DNA of 64,000 nucleotides from Candidatus Magasanikiibacteriota bacterium (GTDB lineage Bacteria; Patescibacteriota; Patescibacteriia; Magasanikbacterales; GWA2-37-8): positions 8,056-72,055 of the forward strand of contig JBAYHH010000001.1 in the NCBI GenBank assembly GCA_041666265.1, read 5' to 3'. Both the position numbers and the translations under genes were made by a program. The notes beneath the pieces are model-generated. The model ran no database searches, was not told where the DNA came from, and saw only the letters and a list, made by a program, of their open reading frames with translations. This document shows, piece after piece, positions 48,059 to 57,477 of this stretch. Positions within the stretch are counted from its first letter, which is position 1. Each line of letters starts with the position of its first letter.

Positions 48059-50554
48059 ATGAGGGAAATCAATTTTGAAAAAATCATCTCTACTCGCGCC
48101 ACCTATTTGGGTTTGACATCAGTCGAAGCTGGTTGGGCATTGGAAAAATTCGGTTTTAACGAACGCGCTCGCTCCAAGTCCGCCACTTGGCTGAAAAGAT
48201 TGTGGGGTATCGTATCTGAGCCGATGATCGCCTTGATTTTTGTCACCGCGATTTTGTATTTTTTTCTGGGCGAAAAAATCGACGCTGTGATTTTGATGAG
48301 TTCGATTATCCCGATATTATTTTTGGAATATTTGCAAGAACAGCGCACTGATAACGCTATTTCCGCGTTGGATAAATTGATGGTCGGTCATTGCCGAGTA
48401 TATCGCGATGGTGTTTTAAAAGAGTTTGAGACCAAATATATTGTTCCCGGTGATTTGGTGTATTTGACCGCCGGAGACAAAGTTTCCGCCGACGGGTATT
48501 TGCTCAATTCGCCCGGACTTCAGGCCGACGAAAGCATGCTGACCGGCGAGTCGGTATCGGTGGTGAAATCGGAAATAACCAACCATGAACACACCGGCGA
48601 AGAGCATCGTTTGTATCAGGGGACGCTGATCACCTCCGGCGAAGGGTATTTGCTCGTGGATAAGACTGGTGTCGCGACTGCCTACGGGCATTTGGGCAGC
48701 TTGCTTCAAAATATCGAATCAAAACAGACTCCGCTTCAACAAAAAATCAATCGCTTGGTGCGCGGTATTGCCATTGGAGCGATCGCGTCCGCTTTATTGG
48801 TGGCCGGAGTTCTGACTGTTTTTCACGGTTGGCAAGAAGGGGTTTTGGGCGGGCTCGCGATCGCCATGTCGCTAATTCCCGAAGAATTTCCGGTGGTGTT
48901 TTCGGTGTTTCTCATCGTGGGCGTGTGGCGGATGAGCCGGAAAAACGCTTTGGTGCGCGAGATGGAGATGGTAGAGACGCTGGGCTCAGCTACTGTGATT
49001 TGCACCGACAAGACCGGTACTTTGACCGAAGGACGCATGTCATTGGAAAAATTATATTTCCACGGTGAGATGATTGATGTGAAAAATCAAAAAGCTCAAT
49101 CTGATTTAGCGCCGATTATCACCGCCTCGCTGTTGGCGCTCGAAAAAGTGCCCATCGATCCGATCGAGATCGAGATGCATAAATTTGCCGAGTCGCAAGG
49201 AGTGGATTTGAATAAATTTTTTAATTCCCGCAGTTTGGTGGCGGATTTTTCTTTTAGCGCCGAAACAAAAATGGTCCACCATGTGTGGCAAGATGAAAAC
49301 GATGGCAGTTTTCAATACACCGCGGGCGCGCCCGAATCGGTAATCGCGAGTTGCGCTTTGAGTGATGGAGATCGAAAAAAATTGATCGCTGTGAACGAGC
49401 AAGTGTCAAATGAAGGTATGCGGGTGATCGCTGTCGCTTGCAAAAAATGTTTGCCGCAAAAACGATTGGAATTAACCGGCTTGGATTTTGTCGGATTTTT
49501 GGTGATGAGCGATCCGGCGCGCGCGGGTGTGAAAGAGGCCATCGAGATCTGTCAAAATGCCGGCATTCGGATCATCATGATCACGGGCGACAACAAATTA
49601 ACCGCGCACAGCATCGCCGAACATATCGGGCTCAAGCATAACGAAGAAATTATCGGTGGTGATGAAATTGAGAAAATGGACGAAAGTTCTTTGCGCGCGA
49701 TAGTCAAAGATCATAATATTTTCGCGCGCGTTCGTCCGGAACACAAATTTCGCATTGTTGAGGCTTTGCAAAAAAATGGTGAAGTGGTGGCGATGACCGG
49801 TGATGGCGTCAATGACGCGCCGGCGCTAAAAAAAGCCGATATCGGCGTGGCTATGGGTCTGCGCGGCACCGAGGTGGCCCGATCAGCATCCGGGATTGTG
49901 TTGCTCGATGACAATTTCACTACGATCGTGAGCGCAGTGCACGAGGGCCGTCGTATTTATGACAATTTGCGCCACGCCTTTATGTTTTTATTTTCGTTTC
50001 ACCTGCCGATTATCGGGCTCGCGGTAGTCCCGTTATTTTTGGGACAGCCCTTGATTTTTTTGCCTATTCATATTATTTTTTTGGAGCTGATTTGCGATCC
50101 GGTGTCGGTTCTCGGATTTGAAAAAGAAAAAGCGCGCCGAGGACTAATGACCGAGTCGCCTCGACCGGTGTCGGAGCCGATTGTCAATCCGCGTTTGTGG
50201 CGACAGATTTTGTGGCAGGGCATGGGAATCTTGGCGGTTTGTCTCGGATTCTATTATTATTTCGGTTGGCGCATGGGCGACCTCGATCTCGGTCGCACTA
50301 TGACATTCGCGGTGTTGGTTTGGTCGCAAATTTTACTGACATTTTTCAGTCGTGAATGGTCGCAAGTCAAGAGTAATCGATTGATGTTATACATTGTCGG
50401 CGTCTTGGCCGCGATGCTCGCGGTGGCGCTCCTGTTCGCGCCGATGCGCGCGGTGTTTCATTTCGCGACTATTCCGGCATATTTGTATTCCTACATGATT
50501 ATCATTCCGGTGTTCGTGATGGCGAGTGTGAGTTTTGTGGTTTCCAAGAAATAA
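48059..50554 (+). CDS. Cation-transporting P-type ATPase (P2)
   Basis: TGES, PEE, DKTGTLT, TGDN, MTGDGVNDAPALK. Confidence 0.97.
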   Translation: MREINFEKIISTRATYLGLTSVEAGWALEKFGFNERARSKSATWLKRLWGIVSEPMIALIFVTAILYFFLGEKIDAVILMSSIIPILFLEYLQEQRTDNAISALDKLMVGHCRVYRDGVLKEFETKYIVPGDLVYLTAGDKVSADGYLLNSPGLQADESMLTGESVSVVKSEITNHEHTGEEHRLYQGTLITSGEGYLLVDKTGVATAYGHLGSLLQNIESKQTPLQQKINRLVRGIAIGAIASALLVAGVLTVFHGWQEGVLGGLAIAMSLIPEEFPVVFSVFLIVGVWRMSRKNALVREMEMVETLGSATVICTDKTGTLTEGRMSLEKLYFHGEMIDVKNQKAQSDLAPIITASLLALEKVPIDPIEIEMHKFAESQGVDLNKFFNSRSLVADFSFSAETKMVHHVWQDENDGSFQYTAGAPESVIASCALSDGDRKKLIAVNEQVSNEGMRVIAVACKKCLPQKRLELTGLDFVGFLVMSDPARAGVKEAIEICQNAGIRIIMITGDNKLTAHSIAEHIGLKHNEEIIGGDEIEKMDESSLRAIVKDHNIFARVRPEHKFRIVEALQKNGEVVAMTGDGVNDAPALKKADIGVAMGLRGTEVARSASGIVLLDDNFTTIVSAVHEGRRIYDNLRHAFMFLFSFHLPIIGLAVVPLFLGQPLIFLPIHIIFLELICDPVSVLGFEKEKARRGLMTESPRPVSEPIVNPRLWRQILWQGMGILAVCLGFYYYFGWRMGDLDLGRTMTFAVLVWSQILLTFFSREWSQVKSNRLMLYIVGVLAAMLAVALLFAPMRAVFHFATIPAYLYSYMIIIPVFVMASVSFVVSKK

Positions 50555-50579
50555 TTTTTGGCAAGACCAAAATACATAT

Positions 50580-51734
50580 ATGTCATTAATCGACAAACTA
50601 AAAAATGAACCGAAATTCCGTCAGGATCAAATTTACCGCGCCTGGTTTTCCACCGGCATGGTTTCGTATACCGCGATCACCACTCTTCCCAAAAATTTGC
50701 GCATAGCGCTCCAAGACGAACCATGGACAACGGTGAAGCTGCAAATCATGCAACGCAGTGAGCTCGACGGCACGCAAAAAGCCCTGCTTACGCTGGCCGA
50801 CGGCGCGGGTATCGAGACAGTGCTGATGGGTCGGAAAAATAAACGAGCGACACGCGAGAGCGATCAACGCTATACTATTTGCATTTCATCGCAGGTCGGC
50901 TGTCCGATGGGGTGTGTGTTTTGCGCCACCGGCAAAATGGGATTTAAGCGCAATTTGACGGCGCGCGAAATCGTCGATCAGGTGCGGTTTTGGATTGATT
51001 ATTTGAAGCGCGAAGAGCCGGCCACGACCAGTGGTGGGCAGGGGATACAAAATAAATTTTTGGGCCAAGCTATCTCTAACATCGTCCTCATGGGCCAGGG
51101 CGAACCGTTGTTGAATTATGACAATGTCAAGCTGGCGCTCAATATCATTCTGAAATACGCCGAGATGGGTCCGCGTCAGATCACCGTTTCGACGGTGGGG
51201 GTGCCGGCAGTGATGGAAAAAATGGTCGTTGATCCGGAATGGCCCCCGGTGCGATTCGCGCTTTCGCTTCATAATCCGATTGAAGAAGAACGAAAGAAAT
51301 TGATTCCCTCGCACCAAAAAGATTTTCTAAAATTTTTGGTTGAATGGAGCAAAACATATCACGCGCGTTTCAATTCGCGGACGCAGTTTATCGGACTGGA
51401 ATACACGATCGTGCCGGGTGAAAACGACAGCGAACGCCATCTGAAAGCGATGATTAAGTTCGCGAGTAAACTCGGCAAGGTGCGTATCAATTTGATACCG
51501 CTCAACACCACTACTGCCATCAGCCCGCGCGTCAGTTTGGCACCGACAACCACTAAGCTCAGATCAAATTCGAATATTCGTTTCGCGCCCATCAACGATC
51601 CGCTCGATACCCCGATCGAACACTGGCACCATCGTTTGATGGACTGTGGTTTTACCACTACTATTCGGCGTTCACAGGGGCAAGATATCGCTGCCGCTTG
51701 TGGACAATTGGCGTTGGGTCAGGCAAAGGGGTGA
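50580..51734 (+). CDS. rlmN: 23S rRNA m2A2503 / tRNA methyltransferase RlmN
   Basis: CISSQVGCPMGCVFCATG, MGQGEP, SLH, DIAAACGQL. Confidence 0.93.
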   Translation: MSLIDKLKNEPKFRQDQIYRAWFSTGMVSYTAITTLPKNLRIALQDEPWTTVKLQIMQRSELDGTQKALLTLADGAGIETVLMGRKNKRATRESDQRYTICISSQVGCPMGCVFCATGKMGFKRNLTAREIVDQVRFWIDYLKREEPATTSGGQGIQNKFLGQAISNIVLMGQGEPLLNYDNVKLALNIILKYAEMGPRQITVSTVGVPAVMEKMVVDPEWPPVRFALSLHNPIEEERKKLIPSHQKDFLKFLVEWSKTYHARFNSRTQFIGLEYTIVPGENDSERHLKAMIKFASKLGKVRINLIPLNTTTAISPRVSLAPTTTKLRSNSNIRFAPINDPLDTPIEHWHHRLMDCGFTTTIRRSQGQDIAAACGQLALGQAKG

Positions 51735-51804
51735 ATTTTGCTATTTTCTATAAATTATGCTAAAATAAAAGCGCTTCAATTGGCGTTTTTTGTGTTTTAA
51801 AATC

Positions 51805-53274
51805 ATGAAAGTAGAAAAATTATTTAAAGAAATCGCCACTCTGGCCAAACAAGAAAAAACCCCGGTTTATGCCGTGGGTGGTTTTGTGCGTGATCTGCTT
51901 TTGGATTGTGATCAGAAAAAAGATATTGATTTTGTGGTGGAGGGAAGTGGGCTGGCTTTTGCCCGGGCGTTGGATAAGAAATTGAAAGAAGAGGGGAGTT
52001 TGGTGGAGTTTTCGGATTTTGATACTGCTCGTTATGTGATAAGGAGTAAGGAAAAAGGAGTAAGGAGTAACGACAACGACGGCGAAATTGTATTGGAATT
52101 TGCGGGCGCGCGCGCGGAAAGTTACCACGACAAATCACGCAAACCCAAAGTCGTCGCTACCACCCTCAAGGACGATTTATCTCGCCGTGATTTTACCGTC
52201 AATGCGATGGCTTTGCCAGTCGATGCGATTGGCAAAAAAACCTGGAAAAAATTGATAATTGACGAATTTAATGGTCAAGAGGATTTAAAAAATAAAATTT
52301 TGCGCACCCCGCTGGACCCGGATATTACTTTTTCCGATGATCCGTTGCGGATGTTGAGGGCGATTCGGTTTGCGGCGCAACTCAATTTTTCGATTGAACC
52401 CAAAACTTTGGAAGCGATATATCGCAATCGTGAACGAATCAAGATTGTATCGGCGGAACGCGTGCAAGAAGAACTGATGAAATTGATGACGACGAACGCC
52501 CCCGGCAACGGGCTGGTGTTGATGTTTCAAACCCATCTCATGGATTTGGTTTTGCCGGAGGTGTCGGCGCTCGACGGGGTGGAAGAAATCTGGGGACATA
52601 TTCACAAAAATAATTTAATCCACTCCTTTAAAGTAGTTGACAATATCGCTTTGCGTTCGGACAAGCCGCTTTTGCGTTTAGCCGGACTGTTGCACGATAT
52701 TGGCAAAGCCGGCACCAAGAAATTTCTGCCGAAAATCGGTTGGACATTTCACGCGCACGAGCATCTGGGCAAAAAATTAGCGAGCGATTTGATGCGCCGA
52801 TTGCGGTTTCCAATCAGCGATATAAAATATGTCGCCAAACTCGTGCGCTATCATCAGCAACCGATCGCTCTTATGGACGACGGCATCACTGATAGCGCGG
52901 TCAGGAGGCTAATAGTGAACTTGGGCGATCAATTGGAAGATCTGCTGATTCTGGGGGTGTCGGATATTACCACCGGCAATCCGACCAAATTCGCGCGCCG
53001 GCAAAAGAATTACGATTATTTGCGCGCGCGCATCGACGAAGTGATCGAAAAAGATAAATTACGCGCGTTTCAGTCGCCTTTGCGCGGAGACGAGATTATG
53101 ACCCTGGCCGGTCTCAAACCCGGACCGACTGTTGGCAAAATAAAAGAAGCGATTGAAGAGGCGATCCTTGAGGGCGAAATCCCCAATGACTACGAGGCCA
53201 GTAAAAATTATTTTGAAAAAATAAAGGATGAATATTCAAAACAAGCCTTTGATTGGGAAAAATTAACTAAGTAA
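51805..53274 (+). CDS. cca: CCA tRNA nucleotidyltransferase with HD domain
   Basis: VGGFVRD, DIDFV, RRDFTVNA, DDPLRMLRA.RF, LLHDIGK. Confidence 0.93.
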   Translation: MKVEKLFKEIATLAKQEKTPVYAVGGFVRDLLLDCDQKKDIDFVVEGSGLAFARALDKKLKEEGSLVEFSDFDTARYVIRSKEKGVRSNDNDGEIVLEFAGARAESYHDKSRKPKVVATTLKDDLSRRDFTVNAMALPVDAIGKKTWKKLIIDEFNGQEDLKNKILRTPLDPDITFSDDPLRMLRAIRFAAQLNFSIEPKTLEAIYRNRERIKIVSAERVQEELMKLMTTNAPGNGLVLMFQTHLMDLVLPEVSALDGVEEIWGHIHKNNLIHSFKVVDNIALRSDKPLLRLAGLLHDIGKAGTKKFLPKIGWTFHAHEHLGKKLASDLMRRLRFPISDIKYVAKLVRYHQQPIALMDDGITDSAVRRLIVNLGDQLEDLLILGVSDITTGNPTKFARRQKNYDYLRARIDEVIEKDKLRAFQSPLRGDEIMTLAGLKPGPTVGKIKEAIEEAILEGEIPNDYEASKNYFEKIKDEYSKQAFDWEKLTK

Positions 53275-53283
53275 TAAAATTAT

Positions 53284-55014
53284 ATGAATTTATCCATGCT
53301 CAAGACAAAAAAATTTTGGATCATCACCGCAGTGGTTTTGGTAGTCGCTTGGATCGGTTACGGCCAGTACAAAAAATCTACCGCTCTGCCTGATTATGAT
53401 ACGGTCACGGTGGCGCGCGGGGACATCGCTCAAACCGTGGAGGCGACCGGCAAGATTCAATCCGCTAACGACTTGCAGATGCGTTTTGAAACCGCTGGTA
53501 CTTTGGGTGAAATCAAAGTTCAAGAAGGCGATGTGGTCAAGACGGGTCAAATGCTCGCTTCTTTGCGCGCGAGCGAATTATCCGCCGCCGTTGCTCAAGC
53601 CCAAGCTAATCTAAATCAAAAAATCGCCGGCGCCAATGATCAAGAACGCGCGTATTACAAAGCGCTCGCCGATCAAGCGCTCGCCGATCTCAATAAAACT
53701 CGCTCGGACACCGCCAATTCCATTTCTTCTTATGAAGCCGGAGTGGAAACCGCGAAAAACAACATGAAGCTGGCCGAAGGCGGAGAGGATAGTCGGATTG
53801 TCAATCAAGAATACGATGACGCGGTGGCGGTTTTGCAGGCGACCCTATCCAAGCTTGATGACGGAATGACTCAAGCCGACAATATCTTGGGTATTGACAA
53901 TACACTCGCTAACGACACCTTTGAAGCCAATTTATCTCTCTTAAATTCCAGTAAATTGAATGTGGCCAATTCTGCGTATTACTCCGCTCGCACCGCGCGC
54001 GATAGCGCTCGCGCTGCTATCATCGCGTTGAACACCATTAGTGTTCATTCTGCCGTTGACAGCGCCGTTTTATGGGCTGAGGACGCGCTGTCCAAAACCA
54101 GTATATTGCTTTCCGGCGTGGCCGATGTGCTCGCATCCACTCCGCCGTTGGGTGGTTTGACGCAAACAGAATTGGATGCCAAAAAAACGATTATTGCCGC
54201 GATGCGCACGACGATTTCGACCCAATATACGACTATGATCAGTGAGTCGCAAGCGCTTGCCGACGCGAAAAATAGCTATAATACTTATTTGGTGGCGTAC
54301 AATAAGGCGGTCAATGATTTGAATAACGCCAAGAGTACCGCGACGAGTGTGGTGGCGATCAAGGAGGCGATGTATAATCAAGCGCTCGCGAATTATGAAA
54401 ATAAAATTTTACCTTCACGCGAAGTCGACCTCGCACCGCTACGCGCCGCTCTCTCACAAGCGCAAGCCAATTACGGCAAGGCGGTTTTACGCGCGCCGAT
54501 TGACGGCGTGATTTCAAAAGTAAACAAAAAGGTGGGTGAGCTGGTATCGGCGGCCGATATCGCGATCGAAATGATCACTCCGCATTTTGAAGTGGAAGTG
54601 GATATTCCCGAAACCGATGTGTCCAAATTAAAATTGGGCGACGCGGTGGTGATTACTTTGGATGCGTTTGGCGATGACACCAAATTTAGCGGCCAAGTGA
54701 TCAGTATTGATCCGGCCAGCACCAACATCCAAGATGTAGTGTATTACAAAGTTAAAGTTTCACTCGACGACACTGATAAGCCGATCAAAACCGGCATGAC
54801 TGCCAATGTGACGGTGGCGACGGAAAAACGCGCGGGAGTTTTGTATGTCCCCAGTCGCGCCGTCCGTACCAATGGTGAAAAATATGTCAAAATTTTGACC
54901 GGCAAAACGGTCACTGATGTGCCGGTAACTCTTGGACTCAAAGCCGACGATGGTAAGGTGGAGATTGTGAGCGGAGTGAATGAGGGTGACATCGTGATTG
55001 TTGGGACGAAGTAA
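53284..55014 (+). CDS. Efflux periplasmic adaptor (MacA/HlyD-like) with long coiled coil
   Basis: G...I.V.EGD.VK.GQ, LRAPIDG, GMTANV. Confidence 0.93.
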   Translation: MNLSMLKTKKFWIITAVVLVVAWIGYGQYKKSTALPDYDTVTVARGDIAQTVEATGKIQSANDLQMRFETAGTLGEIKVQEGDVVKTGQMLASLRASELSAAVAQAQANLNQKIAGANDQERAYYKALADQALADLNKTRSDTANSISSYEAGVETAKNNMKLAEGGEDSRIVNQEYDDAVAVLQATLSKLDDGMTQADNILGIDNTLANDTFEANLSLLNSSKLNVANSAYYSARTARDSARAAIIALNTISVHSAVDSAVLWAEDALSKTSILLSGVADVLASTPPLGGLTQTELDAKKTIIAAMRTTISTQYTTMISESQALADAKNSYNTYLVAYNKAVNDLNNAKSTATSVVAIKEAMYNQALANYENKILPSREVDLAPLRAALSQAQANYGKAVLRAPIDGVISKVNKKVGELVSAADIAIEMITPHFEVEVDIPETDVSKLKLGDAVVITLDAFGDDTKFSGQVISIDPASTNIQDVVYYKVKVSLDDTDKPIKTGMTANVTVATEKRAGVLYVPSRAVRTNGEKYVKILTGKTVTDVPVTLGLKADDGKVEIVSGVNEGDIVIVGTK

Positions 55015-55019
55015 TCCTT

Positions 55020-55406
55020 TAAATTGTCATCCCCGCGCAGGCGGGGATCCAGAGTATTATTTTATGTTAGGGAGGAATTATAATGTTTACATTTTAGCTA
55101 GTAAAAGAAACGGTACATTATATATTGGTGTCACAAATAATTTGATTCGCAGAATCTATGAGCACAAAAATAATTTGGTTGATGGATTTACTAAAAATTA
55201 CAGCATTCACAATTTAGTGTATTATGAAAGTTACAATGAGGTCGAGAATGCTATTACGAGAGAAAAGCAACTAAAAAAATGGGATAGAAAATGGAAAATA
55301 AGAATTATTGAAGAAATGAATCCACACTGGCGTGATTTGTATGAGGAATTAAATCCAATTTATTGATTGGCGACTGGATCCCCGCCTGCGCGGGGATGAC
55401 AATTTA
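55020..55406. mobile_element. GIY-YIG cassette bounded by perfect 33-bp inverted repeats
   Basis: taaattgtcatccccgcgcaggcggggatccag (55020-55052) and its exact reverse complement (55374-55406). Confidence 0.75.
55064..55366 (+). CDS. GIY-YIG nuclease (small, stand-alone)
   Basis: VYILASKRNGTLYIGVT.NL.RR..EH, LVYYE, A..REKQLKKW. Confidence 0.95.
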   Translation: MLGRNYNVYILASKRNGTLYIGVTNNLIRRIYEHKNNLVDGFTKNYSIHNLVYYESYNEVENAITREKQLKKWDRKWKIRIIEEMNPHWRDLYEELNPIY

Positions 55407-55412
55407 TACAAT

Positions 55413-56132
55413 ATGCTCATCGAAGTCAAAAATCTTTGTAAAACCTACTTGAGCGGCGATGTGGAAACGCCGGTGCTTCATGATCTGAATTTTACGATGG
55501 ATAAAGGTGAATTTGTGGCGATCATGGGACCGTCGGGGTCGGGCAAATCCACCCTCATGCATGTGCTTAGTTTTATGGACAAGCCCAGTTGCGGCGAGTA
55601 TATTTTTGATGGCAAAAAAGTGAACGAGCTGACCGATGACGAACTGGCGGAGATGCGCAGTAGCGCCGTTGGTTTTATTTTTCAAGCGTTCAATCTTTTG
55701 CCGCGCACGACCGTGATGGAAAATGTCGCATTGCCCCTCGTGTACACCAAAATGTCGGAAAAGGAACGCCGTGAAAAGGCCAAGGCCGCCCTGATATCGG
55801 TGGGGCTTGGTCATCGCTTGGAATATTTTACCAATCAATTATCCGGCGGCGAGAAACAACGCGTGGCAATCGCGCGTGCTCTCGTCAATAATCCGGCAGT
55901 ACTGTTTGCCGATGAGCCGACCGGAAATTTAGATAGTAAATCTGGTTTGCAGGTAATGAAAATTTTGCAGGACTTAAACGAACAAGGCCATACGATTATT
56001 CTCGTTACTCACGAAAAATACACCGCCGAACATGCCAAACGCATTTTGCGTATTCGCGATGGGGTGGTGGAGAGCGATGAAAAGGTGGCGAATCGGCAGA
56101 TCGCGAAGGGGGCGAGTGAGTTGGTGAAGTAA
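55413..56132 (+). CDS. ABC ATP-binding protein (MacB/LolD type)
   Basis: GPSGSGKST, LSGGEKQRVAIARAL, ADEPTGNLD. Confidence 0.97.
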   Translation: MLIEVKNLCKTYLSGDVETPVLHDLNFTMDKGEFVAIMGPSGSGKSTLMHVLSFMDKPSCGEYIFDGKKVNELTDDELAEMRSSAVGFIFQAFNLLPRTTVMENVALPLVYTKMSEKERREKAKAALISVGLGHRLEYFTNQLSGGEKQRVAIARALVNNPAVLFADEPTGNLDSKSGLQVMKILQDLNEQGHTIILVTHEKYTAEHAKRILRIRDGVVESDEKVANRQIAKGASELVK

Positions 56133-56230
56133 AAGCCCGAAAGGCCGGAAAGGCTTGAAATGCTCAAAAGGTCACGTCAACAACGTCAAGCTTTTCTAGC
56201 CTTTCCGGCATTTTAAGCCTTTCAAGCCTT
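56132..56230. repeat. Inverted nonamer arrays
   Basis: aaagcccga aaggccgga aaggcttga aatgctcaa ... tctagcctt tccggcatt ttaagcctt tcaagcctt. Confidence 0.8.
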
Positions 56231-56232
56231 CT

Positions 56233-57477
56233 ATGAACATCCTCGAAAACATCCACAGCGTCTGGCGCGTACTGGGTCGCAACAAAATCCGGTCGTTTTT
56301 GACGATGCTCGGGATTATTATCGGGGTGATGGCGGTGATCGTGGTGATGTCGGTGGGGGCGGGAGCACAGAGTCTGATTTTGAATCAAGTAAAAAGTTTG
56401 GGTTCGGATTTGATTGGAGTGTTGCCCGGTGCAAGTGACGAAAAAGGTCCGCCGGCATCGGCGATGGGGATTGTGATTACCACTCTCAAATCCGAAGATG
56501 TTGAAAAAGTGGTCAAAAACGGCGGAGATTTTCCGCATATTACCGCCGGCACCGGCTATGTGAAGGGGTCGAACACTATTACTTGGGACGGCAACGAAGT
56601 TGACAGCTCGTTTACCGGCGTGAACGCGTCTTTGATTGAGGTGGAGGACGCGAAAGTGGGGCAAGGCCGGTTTTTTACCGACGAAGAGGACAAAACCATG
56701 GCGCGCGTGGTAGTGCTCGGCTATCAGGTGGCGAGCGATTTGTTTGGTGATGACGATCCGATAGGTAAAAATATTAAAATAAAAAAAACTACTTTTAATA
56801 TCATCGGCGTGATGGAAAAACGGGGGAGCAGTGGTTTTCAAAATCAGGATACGCAGGTTTTTGTGCCGATGAAAACCGCGCAAAAACTTTTGCTCGGCAT
56901 TGATTATATCAGTTTCGCGCGGCTCAAAGTGGACAAACCGGAAAATGTGGATGAGGCGATGGATTACACGCGTCAAGTTTTGCGGGAACGACATGATATT
57001 GACAATCCAACCGACGATGATTTCAATGTCCGCAGTATGGCGCAGGGCGTGGAAGCGATTACTCAAATTACCGACGCGCTCAAATTTTTTCTCGTGGCGG
57101 TGGCGGCGATCGCTCTCATCGTCGGCGGAATCGGGATCATGAATATCATGCTCGCGGCCGTGCAAGAGCGCACGCGTGAGATCGGACTGCGCAAGGCCGT
57201 GGGCGCGAAAAATCGCCATATTGTGGAGCAGTTTTTGGTCGAAACGGTGATGATTACTTTTGTCGGTGGCGCCATCGGTATCGCGCTCGGTATTTTGATT
57301 TCGTTTATCGTCGCCAAAGTCGCCCAAGGGATGGGCTATGATTGGGATTTTGTTATCAGTTTTGGCGCGATTTTGCTGGGTTGCGGCGTGTCCATTGGCG
57401 TGGGCTTATTGTTTGGGATTTCACCCGCGCGTCAGGCGGCGGCGCTCGATCCGATCGAGGCGTTGAGGTACGAGTAA
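56233..57477 (+). CDS. ABC permease (MacB/FtsX family)
   Basis: RS.LT.LGIIIG, GGIGIMNIM...V.ERTREIGLRKAVGA, DPIEALRYE. Confidence 0.96.
   Translation: MNILENIHSVWRVLGRNKIRSFLTMLGIIIGVMAVIVVMSVGAGAQSLILNQVKSLGSDLIGVLPGASDEKGPPASAMGIVITTLKSEDVEKVVKNGGDFPHITAGTGYVKGSNTITWDGNEVDSSFTGVNASLIEVEDAKVGQGRFFTDEEDKTMARVVVLGYQVASDLFGDDDPIGKNIKIKKTTFNIIGVMEKRGSSGFQNQDTQVFVPMKTAQKLLLGIDYISFARLKVDKPENVDEAMDYTRQVLRERHDIDNPTDDDFNVRSMAQGVEAITQITDALKFFLVAVAAIALIVGGIGIMNIMLAAVQERTREIGLRKAVGAKNRHIVEQFLVETVMITFVGGAIGIALGILISFIVAKVAQGMGYDWDFVISFGAILLGCGVSIGVGLLFGISPARQAAALDPIEALRYE

Noticed and set aside
56164-57327. 387-aa minus-strand ORF
   Set aside because: Antisense shadow of the ABC permease; its C-terminus derives from the nonamer repeat; no motifs
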